Positions 17,691 to 27,462 are shown, numbered from the stretch's first letter. The stretch: DNA of 36,177 nucleotides from Methanobacteriota archaeon (GCA_018666575.1 JABIYX010000019.1:1-36177), one strand, 5' to 3'. The notes: a model not told the origin generated them from the letters alone. A program made the numbers and translations.

Positions 17691-18003
17691 TTGCAGTAGA
17701 TGTTGATCAATAGGTACCTGAACTACGTTTTCCTTCCTTGATTACGCCCCCACAAACCAGCGTTTTCCTATGTCTGGACAGTTCGGCCTAGAACTCCTTT
17801 AGAAGATTCTTATCCTTCGATCAATGGGCATCGTTCATCATCAAGTTCTATGACGTGTGTTGCCCAAAGATATCCTGTTCGTGCAACCATTATTCTTTCA
17901 TCGCTTTGCATATTCTCAATAGTTAATATCTCACTGTTCCATTATCAAACTATTGAACACATTCCATCAAAGAATTGAGATATGGAGAGTTGGTGGGCAA
18001 AGT

Positions 18004-19767
18004 ATGGGGCGAGAGTTCAGCATCGCATTGGGCTTTGTTTGTTTGATGTTATTTGCTCCGCTCTCTGGTTGTTTTGGAGGAAATCCTGAAGAACCGCTCT
18101 CATCCGAATCCCTAAATATTTCACCTAATATGTTAACAGGGGGTATTTTCCAAACGGTTACGTTTGAAGCTACTGGCGACCTTTCCGTCTTCATTCCATA
18201 TCTAATAAAGGATAAGTCAACAGGATATGTCATCAATTCCACAGTTCTCAATTTAGAAGATGGTGATTCTGTAGAATTGTCAATATTAGCGCCACCCCGC
18301 ACAAATCGTGGTGTCCTGATGCTCGCTGAATATGGAACAGAGTTGTGGCCTCTTCGCGAAACGACCGAATCATGGGGAACTTGGGTCGATCGTAGTGGAT
18401 TCATGGATTCAATCGGAACAGCTGTTCGCTTTGTTCCATCAGATAATTCGAGTTCCTTTACTTATGAAATTCATGATGGAGGATTTGAAATTCTTCCGTT
18501 TGAATTTATGATACAGCGTGAACAAATGCCAGCATACTCGGAAGACGAGGGTGGAAGGCACTCTACTGGTGTTGTTAACGGCCGAACAACGTACAATTAT
18601 TTGTCGATGTTGTCTGATGAAACAGCAGATCCAACAGATGCTGCTGATGGAGCTCTTGGATTCCTTGATCGGTGGGCGGGACAAGGTAACCTTGCATACG
18701 AAGATGCAGCGTTGCATCTGATTCAAACGCTGGAAAATTTCGGGCTTGAGGTCATCACTCAGCGATTTGTCTATGATTCAATACAAACTGGTGCTCAGAA
18801 TCCTGAAGCGTACAACATTTGCGGATATCGATTTGGAGAAGTAGATCCTGACAAATGGATGGTTTTCGGCGCACACTTTGACATCGCACCTCCAGTAAAT
18901 GCTGTCGCTCTTGACCCGCACATCTTTGGAAGAACGTATGGAACTCGAGTAGGTGCTTACGACAATACTGCTGGAACAAGTATGGTTCTTACAGTCGCCG
19001 AGGCTATGGCAGGGTATTCAACAAGAAATACAATGGTTTTCTGTCTCTGGTCTGGTGAAGAAGGTGGAAAAAGAGGGAGTGACTTCTGGACAGATGAATG
19101 GGTAAAGGAAGAAAATCCAAATGTTGAAGTTACCAATTATGTTAATCTCGATATGGCTGGAGTAAACTGGCCAGGTGGTGGAGGCGCGCCTTGTGGTGAC
19201 GGTCATGGCGGCGGTGAAGGAAACTGCGACCCGCAGCCAGAAGTAGATCCTGATGGCTATCCTAAAGACGATGAAGTATGGCCAATGAGAGTCTATATTG
19301 GCCCAAGTCAAGATCATGATATCATGAATCAACCGGCAATGGTCAATTTGGCCATGTGGATTGGTTCGGATGCAATTGGCGTAGAAGAGCAAATGTCTCC
19401 ATTGATTGGAACTGGTTACGACGCAGAAACCTGGAAGGTCGATGATTGGATGGAGAAAGACCGCCCTGAGATTATCGTATACGAAGATACCACTGCCCGA
19501 TCCGATCATGCTACCTTTCAAGATAACCTTGGAACAGTAACGATGGGTTTTGGCGGCCTTGTTGATGGGTATTGGTGCTACCACCAAACCTGCGATACGC
19601 TCGATGAAATGGAAGACTGGATGGATACTACTGGCAAGGACTACGGGGATGAGCAAAGTGGAAAAAGCAATCTCGTTGATGCACTCGATACAATTACTTG
19701 GTGGGCTACGTATTCATTCTTCCATCTTGATGAGTCGCCGATTACCAATTCATATAACCAAGAATAA
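18004..19767 (+). CDS. Secreted/lipoprotein M28 family metallopeptidase
   Basis: Signal peptide with LSGC lipobox; GAHFD, GAYDNTAG, SGEEGGKRGS, NLDM, RSDH, YHQTCDT. Confidence 0.93.
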   Translation: MGREFSIALGFVCLMLFAPLSGCFGGNPEEPLSSESLNISPNMLTGGIFQTVTFEATGDLSVFIPYLIKDKSTGYVINSTVLNLEDGDSVELSILAPPRTNRGVLMLAEYGTELWPLRETTESWGTWVDRSGFMDSIGTAVRFVPSDNSSSFTYEIHDGGFEILPFEFMIQREQMPAYSEDEGGRHSTGVVNGRTTYNYLSMLSDETADPTDAADGALGFLDRWAGQGNLAYEDAALHLIQTLENFGLEVITQRFVYDSIQTGAQNPEAYNICGYRFGEVDPDKWMVFGAHFDIAPPVNAVALDPHIFGRTYGTRVGAYDNTAGTSMVLTVAEAMAGYSTRNTMVFCLWSGEEGGKRGSDFWTDEWVKEENPNVEVTNYVNLDMAGVNWPGGGGAPCGDGHGGGEGNCDPQPEVDPDGYPKDDEVWPMRVYIGPSQDHDIMNQPAMVNLAMWIGSDAIGVEEQMSPLIGTGYDAETWKVDDWMEKDRPEIIVYEDTTARSDHATFQDNLGTVTMGFGGLVDGYWCYHQTCDTLDEMEDWMDTTGKDYGDEQSGKSNLVDALDTITWWATYSFFHLDESPITNSYNQE

Positions 19768-19824
19768 TCATTAATCTCTTTGTAAAGGGATATATGTTAT
19801 ATGCAAATATCGCGAGGAGCGCCT

Positions 19825-20367
19825 ATGGAAGATGCTCAAACACCCTTTATAGGTTGGGTCAAATCGAACATTCCGACTGCAAATCTGTTGTCGATTGTCT
19901 TGCTCCTATTCGCTGCATGGGCAGCTGTTGAAATCGTCTCAAACGTCAACGGAACTGAAATCCCACCAACAACTGGTGTACTTTCGAACGAGGATGATCA
20001 AGATGGCCAACGCATTAACAACGGTCTAATCATTGGATTAGGAGCTGTGGCTGGAACTACAGGGCTTATCTTGCAACTGATTATACCAAGGTTTTCGGAA
20101 GGTGGAGATGTTAATTCTGAACCTGTAGAAGATGAAGAAATTGATGAAGTCGTAGAAGATTTGATGGAAGAAACTTCTGAAGAAGACGAAATTATTGTCG
20201 AAGAAATTATTGTCGAAGAGGAAGATATCCTGGAAGAAGAAACTCCTGAAGAAGAGGAGAGTCTTGAAGAAGAGGAGAGTGCCCCTGAGAACCAAGGCGA
20301 GGAAGATTCGGAAGATGATGCCCCTGCCAAAAAAGTAGAAACTCCTATTAAAAAGAGGAAATTTTGA
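19825..20367 (+). CDS. Two-TM membrane protein with long acidic tail and basic C-terminus
   Basis: GAGGAG before ATG 19825; two hydrophobic helices; E/D-rich tail ending KKRKF. Confidence 0.8.
   Translation: MEDAQTPFIGWVKSNIPTANLLSIVLLLFAAWAAVEIVSNVNGTEIPPTTGVLSNEDDQDGQRINNGLIIGLGAVAGTTGLILQLIIPRFSEGGDVNSEPVEDEEIDEVVEDLMEETSEEDEIIVEEIIVEEEDILEEETPEEEESLEEEESAPENQGEEDSEDDAPAKKVETPIKKRKF
20188..20280 (+). repeat. Two short coding duplications in the acidic tail
   Basis: gaaattattgtcgaa x2 (20188, 20203) and gaagaagaggagagt x2 (20248, 20266). Confidence 0.85.
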
Positions 20368-20378
20368 GGTGAAGAAGA

Positions 20379-22415
20379 ATGTGGGAACATCGAGCAGTAT
20401 CGCATAAGCAATTCAAACAAAGTGGTAGAATTAACCCTACCGAGACCTATGTTCAGTTGATGGACAAAGTGGAAGACGCCGTTAAAGAGGCTCAAAAAAT
20501 GCCTTTTGACCATGAAGAATTCCTAAAGTACATTCCTCAACACGGTCCTTGGGAGCCAATTCATGCAACTGATGATACCAAGGCTGATCCTCGTACAAGA
20601 TATATTGGGCCTGGACGCCCTAAACTTCTCAACACGAACTTGATTTTTGGTTCTACATGGATTGAATCTGAGCGATTCAAGTTTGAGCGCCGAATTTCAT
20701 CACTTTCTGATTTCCTGAAGCAGAAGACTGTCGTCAACGCAAACATGTGGACGCCGAAGCAGTTGGTAACAACTCAAACCTTCTTCTTTTGTTCAACCGG
20801 TGACGAAGAACGCTTAGGTGGTTCTCTCCTAACAGGAGAAACTGTCAGTGCTAACCATCCATTCCTTGGTGGCGGCGAAGAGGGGCTTGCAGAGTGGGAG
20901 CCTGTTCTTTGGGGACTCGGACACCGTGGTGTCGTTCCTGATTCAGATCCACAAGACAAGGTCTACTATCCTTCATTGATGCATCGAGGTGTAGCTTTCA
21001 ACAACAGACTCGGATGGATTCGATATTCTCCTGCAGGATTTGGAAAGGATGCTAGTGGATACCTCATGACAAAGCCAACAACTTGGATTCATCCTGCTGT
21101 TGACGGCAACAGAGACACTGCAACCTCGTTCAACCTCCTTGTCAATCTTCCTGACAGAAGAATTTCATTCGGAGAAGAAGGAATTACTGACGTTTTCATG
21201 ACGACTGGGAAGACCTCCCTTTACACAATGATGGGAATGATGAGTTCCTCAACTGTTCGACAAATGTTTGGAGCAGGTTCTGAAATGGTCCCTCTAGAAT
21301 TCCACTGCATCGAGCCTGGACTTGATGAATGGATTAAGAATTCTAATGATGAAGACAAGTATGCTCGATTATTCGAAGTAACCGCCTGTCTCGGATACAT
21401 GCTCACCGATCCTAAGGTTGGATCTCTTGGTGGAGCTGCTAAGCGCCGACGTCTGTTGATGTATCCTCATGATCAAGGGAACCTCTTGACTTGTGTTAAC
21501 GCAAGCCAAGTTGCTGACCACGCATTGAAATCTAATTATGCTGCTACAGTGTTCACAAAGCTCGACCAGGCTGACTTCATGAACAGAGTCGCTCGCCGAT
21601 ACAAGGCATATGCTGACCTAGTTACTGCAAGCGACTTCGCTAAGGGTGCTCGATGGATTAGCCAAGCAATGATTGGAGACGATAAGATCCTCGGTCCAAA
21701 CGTACACTCTATCCTCGCAGTTCGTGGATATGATATTCTCAACCTCGACGAGTACATGGAAAGTTTCAACGACGTTTCTGCATCTCCTGAGCGATTGATT
21801 CGAAGAGTTGTTCAATCCGTTGCAACAAACGCACTCAAGACACTGTATCCAATGGATATGCTCGGAGAGAGTAGTGGGGCACAACCATTCTCCCACATCT
21901 TCGCACCAGCTGGAAGCAATGAACAAGCGCTTGTTTACTACACAGACATTCGTTTCCTCGTCCCAACATCTATCGATAAGTTGCGAATGATTACGGGCGC
22001 ACGTGGTGCAGACCGTGGACGAATGCGTGAAGCGTATGCACAGTTGACTGGTGCAGATCCAATGACTGGACTGTCAATCATTGACCTTTGCCTACCATTC
22101 CTTGCAGATCTTGGAGAAGAATCTTGGCAAACAGGAACCGGTCTTAACGAAGACGAAATTATCGTTGAAGTCACTATGGCCGTTAATCCAGCAATTGTTT
22201 GGAAGAATCTCCTTGAGCCAACAACTCTAGAAATCTTTGACTTGCCTAAGGGCAAGAAGGGAACTGCTGCAAACGTATGGGGTGACATGTTCATGACGAA
22301 CGATGCACTTCATGACAAGATGACAAAAGACGGTCAAGGCCACTATCTCAACCTACTCAGATTGTGTTACAATTGGAGTAACGATAAGGCTCATGACATT
22401 CATGGTCTAAACTAA
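20379..22415 (+). CDS. Hypothetical soluble protein, 678 aa, no recognised family
   Basis: Long ORF, GAGGTG SD overlapping the upstream stop, globular composition. Confidence 0.9.
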   Translation: MWEHRAVSHKQFKQSGRINPTETYVQLMDKVEDAVKEAQKMPFDHEEFLKYIPQHGPWEPIHATDDTKADPRTRYIGPGRPKLLNTNLIFGSTWIESERFKFERRISSLSDFLKQKTVVNANMWTPKQLVTTQTFFFCSTGDEERLGGSLLTGETVSANHPFLGGGEEGLAEWEPVLWGLGHRGVVPDSDPQDKVYYPSLMHRGVAFNNRLGWIRYSPAGFGKDASGYLMTKPTTWIHPAVDGNRDTATSFNLLVNLPDRRISFGEEGITDVFMTTGKTSLYTMMGMMSSSTVRQMFGAGSEMVPLEFHCIEPGLDEWIKNSNDEDKYARLFEVTACLGYMLTDPKVGSLGGAAKRRRLLMYPHDQGNLLTCVNASQVADHALKSNYAATVFTKLDQADFMNRVARRYKAYADLVTASDFAKGARWISQAMIGDDKILGPNVHSILAVRGYDILNLDEYMESFNDVSASPERLIRRVVQSVATNALKTLYPMDMLGESSGAQPFSHIFAPAGSNEQALVYYTDIRFLVPTSIDKLRMITGARGADRGRMREAYAQLTGADPMTGLSIIDLCLPFLADLGEESWQTGTGLNEDEIIVEVTMAVNPAIVWKNLLEPTTLEIFDLPKGKKGTAANVWGDMFMTNDALHDKMTKDGQGHYLNLLRLCYNWSNDKAHDIHGLN

Positions 22416-23294
22416 AGCAGCCAACCATTTGACGAGAGTCATTGGTGAGTAAGGTGTTGTCAAATAGATGAGAACAGGTGTTAGGAAAACCAAGAACAAG
22501 GTCCACCAAACTCCTGCGTTCCAGTCTTTTACCTTCAAGCCATCCAGAGGTCCGAAAGGAATCATGTTGAAGATTCCAAGAACCAAGTTGGCTCCAATCC
22601 AATACACGACTGCATCGTAAACCATTGCTTGCCAAACAAGTGATCCATTGGTAATGTATTCTATTGAACTGTAATCTTGAGCATTTGTAAGAATGAAAAT
22701 AAGTGCTCCTAATGGAATTCCAATGATGAATAATCCAAGATTAACAAGTGGTCCAGCGATTGCTATGTGACCATTTTGGCGTCTAGTAACGAGTCCGGCA
22801 ACCATAACAGCCCCTGGAGCCATAAACAAAATTCCCAAAAAGAAGGCGAGTACCATTCCAAATTGGAGACCTTTTGGATCTGCTCTGAATTCTGCCCAAC
22901 AACCATTCTTCTTAGCCACAACCTTGTGACCGATCTCGTGGAGAACAAATGCGGGACCAACTGCAATAAGCATAATTGGCATTGCGATGAGCACTTGTAT
23001 GAGCCATGGAGAAAACCCTTCTCTCATGCCAGCGAGCCCTCCTGCACTCATGAATCCAAGAGCAAGGGTGAATGCTCCTGTTGCGTAGAGAAGATGTTGC
23101 TTTTCTACATCGCTGAAATGCCAAATTCCACCTTTGTGAAGTTTGGGCTTCGTCTGAGACATGGCCTGAAAGAATCCTTCCATTGGATGACGTGTTGCTG
23201 CTGAGGGTTCGTTTGCATGAACTCGATGAATTCGTGGCTGAGACCCTGCAAAGGGGTTGGACTCGAGAATGTCTGCTCTAGGGTCCCGAACCAT
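22407..23294 (-). CDS. Site-2 protease, M50 family intramembrane zinc metalloprotease
   Basis: LHEIGHK, IAIAGPLVN, FNMIPFGPLDG, multiple TM helices. Start uncertain; ATG 23294 avoids overlap with the divergent gene. Confidence 0.92.
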   Translation of the reverse strand: MVRDPRADILESNPFAGSQPRIHRVHANEPSAATRHPMEGFFQAMSQTKPKLHKGGIWHFSDVEKQHLLYATGAFTLALGFMSAGGLAGMREGFSPWLIQVLIAMPIMLIAVGPAFVLHEIGHKVVAKKNGCWAEFRADPKGLQFGMVLAFFLGILFMAPGAVMVAGLVTRRQNGHIAIAGPLVNLGLFIIGIPLGALIFILTNAQDYSSIEYITNGSLVWQAMVYDAVVYWIGANLVLGIFNMIPFGPLDGLKVKDWNAGVWWTLFLVFLTPVLIYLTTPYSPMTLVKWLAALV

Positions 23295-23382
23295 GCTATT
23301 CTCAATCATTGGTGCCCTTTGAAGCCTCGCTCGCGATGTACGAGAGTTCATGAGGTTGAACATATAGGGACAATAGAATCTC

Positions 23383-24081
23383 ATGTCGATGCCCCGTCGT
23401 GCAATGAAAAATATGGGCTTACAGGCTTGTTGTCTTCGTTGTGATGAACCTGATGATGCAGGAAGTATGCGATGTAAGACCTGTATAGGGCACCATGAAT
23501 CTATGCGTGACAAGATTGCTAAAGCTCCTCAGGATGATGCATTGTATCAATTTGCTAGAGAATTGTTAGCCATGACTGCGACACCACACCGCTTCGATAA
23601 TGATCCTGTTCACGGGCGTGCACTAGAAGAACAACAAATTTTAGCTTCAAATCTCGTTGAGAAACCCACACCACTTACTGAGGAGGATATTGTTGAAACC
23701 TTTCAACAACAGCGTTTAGCGACCAAAACGAATCTCATTCAAGCTGTCGCAAATAAAAACAAATGGAAAGATTCTCCTCCAAAACCAGATGTTGCCCGTC
23801 ACATTGGTGAAGAGGCATGGAGAGATGAAGATCTTGATGATTCAGAGTACCATACTGGAAGGACCGTTCCAAGTCAAAACATCCCCTCTGTCGACCGTTC
23901 TGATAGAGTTGGAGAAGATAATAAGATGGTTACCAGGGTCGATATTCAAGCTAAAGGAAAAGGTGTTGAACAGGAGTTATTAGACATCATCGAGACTGAA
24001 GAATTACATCAACAGAAACAGAAAAAAGATGCTTGGAAATCTACACTTTCTGATGTTGATGATTTACTAAATGATGATTAG
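23383..24081 (+). CDS. Hypothetical protein with N-terminal Zn-finger-like motif
   Basis: CCLRC-x10-CKTCIGHH followed by charged helical/disordered sequence; start 23383 or 23389. Confidence 0.8.
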   Translation: MSMPRRAMKNMGLQACCLRCDEPDDAGSMRCKTCIGHHESMRDKIAKAPQDDALYQFARELLAMTATPHRFDNDPVHGRALEEQQILASNLVEKPTPLTEEDIVETFQQQRLATKTNLIQAVANKNKWKDSPPKPDVARHIGEEAWRDEDLDDSEYHTGRTVPSQNIPSVDRSDRVGEDNKMVTRVDIQAKGKGVEQELLDIIETEELHQQKQKKDAWKSTLSDVDDLLNDD

Positions 24082-24131
24082 TGTTTATTATTTAATTAAG
24101 AAGTAATTAAAACATAAATTAATTATAAAGA

Positions 24132-24860
24132 TTAATTCTTGATAATGTAGGATACTCTTTGCTTACCTTTACCTTTCGATTTCTTCCCGGTAAATTCGAT
24201 TTCACCAATCTCGGATATGTTTCTAACGTGCGTTCCAGCACACGGACACATATCTTGCTGATCTCCAATCGTTACAACTCTAAGATCGTTGATAAACGCT
24301 GGTAAAAGATCCATATTTGTACGTTCTTGCGGCATTATTGCATTGATTTCATCTCGAGTCATTTGAGAATCTGTGACTTCGAGAGATTGAAGAATTTTTT
24401 CATTCACTTCCGTTTGTAATTGTAACAACATATCTTCAGTGAATTGAATAGGATGGAAATCAATTCTGGAACGATCGGTGTGGATTTGGTTACCAACTGT
24501 TCGAACTCCATCAAATAATTCGTATGCAATACCACTGACAAGATGTTGGGCTGTGTGCATTTTCATGTGCGCATATCGACGTTCAAAATCAATTTTCCCA
24601 GTTATCTCCTCGCCTACTTCCAGTCCGTAGACAGCATCAACCGTGTGCTCAATAATATCTCTACCACGAACTTCTGTAACGTTCATCTCGCCGTTTGGGC
24701 TATTGAGAACGCCTAAATCCCAGTTTTGACCACCTCCAAGTGGATAGAAAAGGGTTTGATCAAGAGAGATTTTATTTTCTTCTACCTTTGTAACAGTAGC
24801 AGTGAATTCTTTCTCATAAGCCGCATCTATTGATGATAAGTACAGTCGCTCTGTTGTCAT
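24132..24860 (-). CDS. alaX: Freestanding alanyl-tRNA editing protein AlaX-M
   Basis: LDQTLFYPLGGGQ..D.G, HTAQH, CPCAGTHV. ATG 24860 forms an ATGA overlap with the upstream gene. Confidence 0.93.
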   Translation of the reverse strand: MTTERLYLSSIDAAYEKEFTATVTKVEENKISLDQTLFYPLGGGQNWDLGVLNSPNGEMNVTEVRGRDIIEHTVDAVYGLEVGEEITGKIDFERRYAHMKMHTAQHLVSGIAYELFDGVRTVGNQIHTDRSRIDFHPIQFTEDMLLQLQTEVNEKILQSLEVTDSQMTRDEINAIMPQERTNMDLLPAFINDLRVVTIGDQQDMCPCAGTHVRNISEIGEIEFTGKKSKGKGKQRVSYIIKN

Positions 24861-25564
24861 ATATCCGTCTCCATCAGTTTGTTCCATAAATTCATACCAT
24901 TCAAAAATCGTTGTTCGCATGACCACATGTTCTGATCAACAGGAAGATAAGTTGACATTATCTCTAGAATTTTGAAATTAGATGATTCTTTTTGCTCACT
25001 ATACCAGGACTCAATCAATCCATCATAGCGTTCAAGCTTTAATTGGGCGTCAGAGAAGTTTTCTACTTCTGTATCGATATGAAGAAACCCTGTAGCTGGC
25101 TTCCTTTCTACATCATAGCGAATACTTACTTCGGTGAGATTATGTTGTTTAGCCCAGGGAACCCAAGTATCCTTTGTTGTATCAATAACCATATCGAACA
25201 TGTGTTCTCCTTCCATTTGACTGGCGCCCTTCAAGTGAACACTAAATCCGCTTTTTGATTTTACTGTTGATACGATTCTCGCTTTGTTAAGAAGGATGAC
25301 TCCTTGTTTGGCAAGTTGAATATTCATTGATTTCATAATCCATTCGTGCCTAAATCCCGTGTCTTTTCCTTCGAATCCCTGTTCAGTTGCAAAATTTAAT
25401 GGAATATTGTCACGATTATGCAGAAGGCTTGGCCATACATTGGGTAGACCAAATTCTGTGTTATGATCAGCAACGAATACTTTATTCCCTTCTTTCAAAG
25501 CTGAATATACGCATCCATATGCGATAAGACCAGCACCAACGATGAGAACTCTAACTGGAATCAC
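24857..25564 (-). CDS. Short FAD/NAD(P)-binding Rossmann protein (degenerate oxidoreductase)
   Basis: VLIVGAGLIA, KVFVAD, FDMVIDTT; GTG start overlapping the ferredoxin stop. Confidence 0.65.
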   Translation of the reverse strand: MIPVRVLIVGAGLIAYGCVYSALKEGNKVFVADHNTEFGLPNVWPSLLHNRDNIPLNFATEQGFEGKDTGFRHEWIMKSMNIQLAKQGVILLNKARIVSTVKSKSGFSVHLKGASQMEGEHMFDMVIDTTKDTWVPWAKQHNLTEVSIRYDVERKPATGFLHIDTEVENFSDAQLKLERYDGLIESWYSEQKESSNFKILEIMSTYLPVDQNMWSCEQRFLNGMNLWNKLMETDI

Positions 25565-25749
25565 CTCTCCATAATATTCAATGCATCAACTGGACATGAT
25601 GGAATACAATGTTCACAGTAGGTACACAACTCCTGTTCAACGATTGCGAGGAGTTCTTTCATCGATAGTGCATTAGTAGGACAAAGACCAATACACGCTC
25701 CGCAACCATAACACCGGTCATCGTCAACGATGAACTCAAGTGTTCCCAT
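25561..25749 (-). CDS. 2[4Fe-4S] dicluster ferredoxin (62 aa)
   Basis: CYGCGACIGLCP and CTYCEHCIPSCP. The upstream in-frame extension is low-complexity intergenic DNA. Confidence 0.95.
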   Translation of the reverse strand: MGTLEFIVDDDRCYGCGACIGLCPTNALSMKELLAIVEQELCTYCEHCIPSCPVDALNIMER

Positions 25750-26095
25750 AATGGTTCCACTGGACATCATCATATTTGTTCTTCGTCGTCGAGAATCTAT
25801 TTTACAATAAAAAAAATTCCACACGAAACCAAAAATATTCATTTTAAATTCAAAAGACGAGCTTGTCGATAGACCCCTTCGTTTCCACTGGAGACAATTA
25901 ATTGATCGAGAAGAAACAACAAAACAGAAGAGAAAAACAAAAACAACAAAAACCAACTGAAGATTATCGCGTAGAGTGTATATTATTATTGTAGAAAAGT
26001 GATGAGAAATCAATGTTCGAAACCTCTTCTACCTTCCAATGGAAACACAGGGGTGTGACCCACAAGTTCTTCAATTCCGAATGAATCGTCTAAAC

Positions 26096-27409
26096 ATGGT
26101 CGTTTATGCACCCGGTCGTACAACTAAATATCCTTCATCGCCTCCCGATAAAGGATTGAGGTACCACTATCTCGGAGGAGGAAACGAAGTCGGGAATGTA
26201 GGAATTGTTCTCGAAGATCCTTCTTCAAATCGTATGTTACTCGATTATGGTCTTGCACCAACCAAACCGCCACGTTATCCTGATGAAGCACCGTATGTCT
26301 CGGATGCAATCATAACTCATTCTCACATTGATCATCTTGGTATGGTTCCGTGGTTGGCTTCAAATCATAATACAAAATTACATGCGACCGAATTAACCGC
26401 TGCAATTTCTGAAATGATGTGGTACGATTGTCACAAAGTTTCGTCGATTGAACGCTATCCATTACCATGGGATAAGAGAGATATTGATATCGCACTATCC
26501 GCTTGGAATACTCACAAATTCAACAGTCCATGGGAGCAAAATGATTGGAAAATGGAATTACATCGAGCAGGACACATACCAGGTGCAGCTATGTTACATG
26601 TAGATACGGGGAGTAAGAAAGTTCTCTTCTCCGGAGATTTTGATACACGCGATTCTCAGTTAGTCCTTGGTGCAAAACCAGTAAAAACCGATGTCTTGTT
26701 TGTTGAGGGAACTTATGGAGGTCGTGATCATCCTTCCAAAGAAGAAGAAAATTTGAGATTCATCAAACGAATTTCAGAAGTTGTAGAAAGAGGTGGAACC
26801 GCTCTTGTACCTGCCTTTGCAAATGGACGTACGCAAGATGTTGTCATGTTACTCCACAAGCATTTACCCCATCTAGAAGTTCATGTAGACGGTATGGGGA
26901 AGCGCGTTGCAAAACTGCAAATGGAACACCCAGAAACATTACGTGATCCTGCAGCGCTTGAAGATGCATGGAGGTGGAGCAGAAGAGTTTCAAGTAAATC
27001 AGATCGAAAGAAAGCTCTTGCTGCAGATGTTATCGTATCCACGTCAGGAATGCTTGACGGAGGACCGTCCATCTGGTATCTAAACCGACTTCGACACGAT
27101 CCAAAAAACGCTCTTTTACTAACAGGATATCAAGCAAAGAATACAGGTGGTCGACGATTACTTGAAGAAAATCGAATCCCGATATTTGGTAACTTAACTT
27201 CAATAGATCTGGAAATTGATCAATATTCATTTTCAACACATGCAGGGCATAGTGAAATTGTCCAGTTTGCGAAAGACTGCGAGGCTGAAGATGTTGTAAT
27301 CTATCATTCAGACCCAAGTATTGCCCGCCCACCACTTGCAAAGGCTCTCGAGGAGAATGGACATAATGTTCATGTTCCAGAAAACGGTATATCTGGTATT
27401 CTCGAATGA
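26096..27409 (+). CDS. Metallo-beta-lactamase/beta-CASP ribonuclease (aCPSF2-like, no KH domains)
   Basis: LGGGNEVG, LLDYG, THSHIDH, AGHIPGA, FSGDF, EGTYG, PAFANGRTQ, SGML.GG, TGYQ, FSTHAG. Start 26039-26096 uncertain. Confidence 0.93.
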   Translation: MVVYAPGRTTKYPSSPPDKGLRYHYLGGGNEVGNVGIVLEDPSSNRMLLDYGLAPTKPPRYPDEAPYVSDAIITHSHIDHLGMVPWLASNHNTKLHATELTAAISEMMWYDCHKVSSIERYPLPWDKRDIDIALSAWNTHKFNSPWEQNDWKMELHRAGHIPGAAMLHVDTGSKKVLFSGDFDTRDSQLVLGAKPVKTDVLFVEGTYGGRDHPSKEEENLRFIKRISEVVERGGTALVPAFANGRTQDVVMLLHKHLPHLEVHVDGMGKRVAKLQMEHPETLRDPAALEDAWRWSRRVSSKSDRKKALAADVIVSTSGMLDGGPSIWYLNRLRHDPKNALLLTGYQAKNTGGRRLLEENRIPIFGNLTSIDLEIDQYSFSTHAGHSEIVQFAKDCEAEDVVIYHSDPSIARPPLAKALEENGHNVHVPENGISGILE

Positions 27410-27462
27410 TTCATTCAGCCGAAGAGGTTGAATATACCGACCTAAAGGGACTGTTGATACTC

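Noticed and set aside
19018-19656. 212-aa antisense ORF inside the M28 peptidase, and similar shadow ORFs elsewhere
   Set aside because: Fully nested opposite well-supported genes, with no motifs.
19998-20513. Ser-rich 171-aa antisense ORF
   Set aside because: Mirror of GAA/GAT-rich codons on the plus strand.
23295-23513. Long N-terminal extension of the M50 protease
   Set aside because: Overlaps the divergent Zn-finger gene and its probable promoter.
24082-24131. Very AT-rich 50-bp spacer as an origin or att site
   Set aside because: Lies between convergent stops with no ORB-like repeats, cdc6 or integrase; more likely a termination zone.
25750-26013. Hydrophobic N-terminal extension on the ferredoxin
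   Set aside because: Arises from the T-rich complement of an A-rich intergenic tract; a standard 62-aa ferredoxin starts at 25749.
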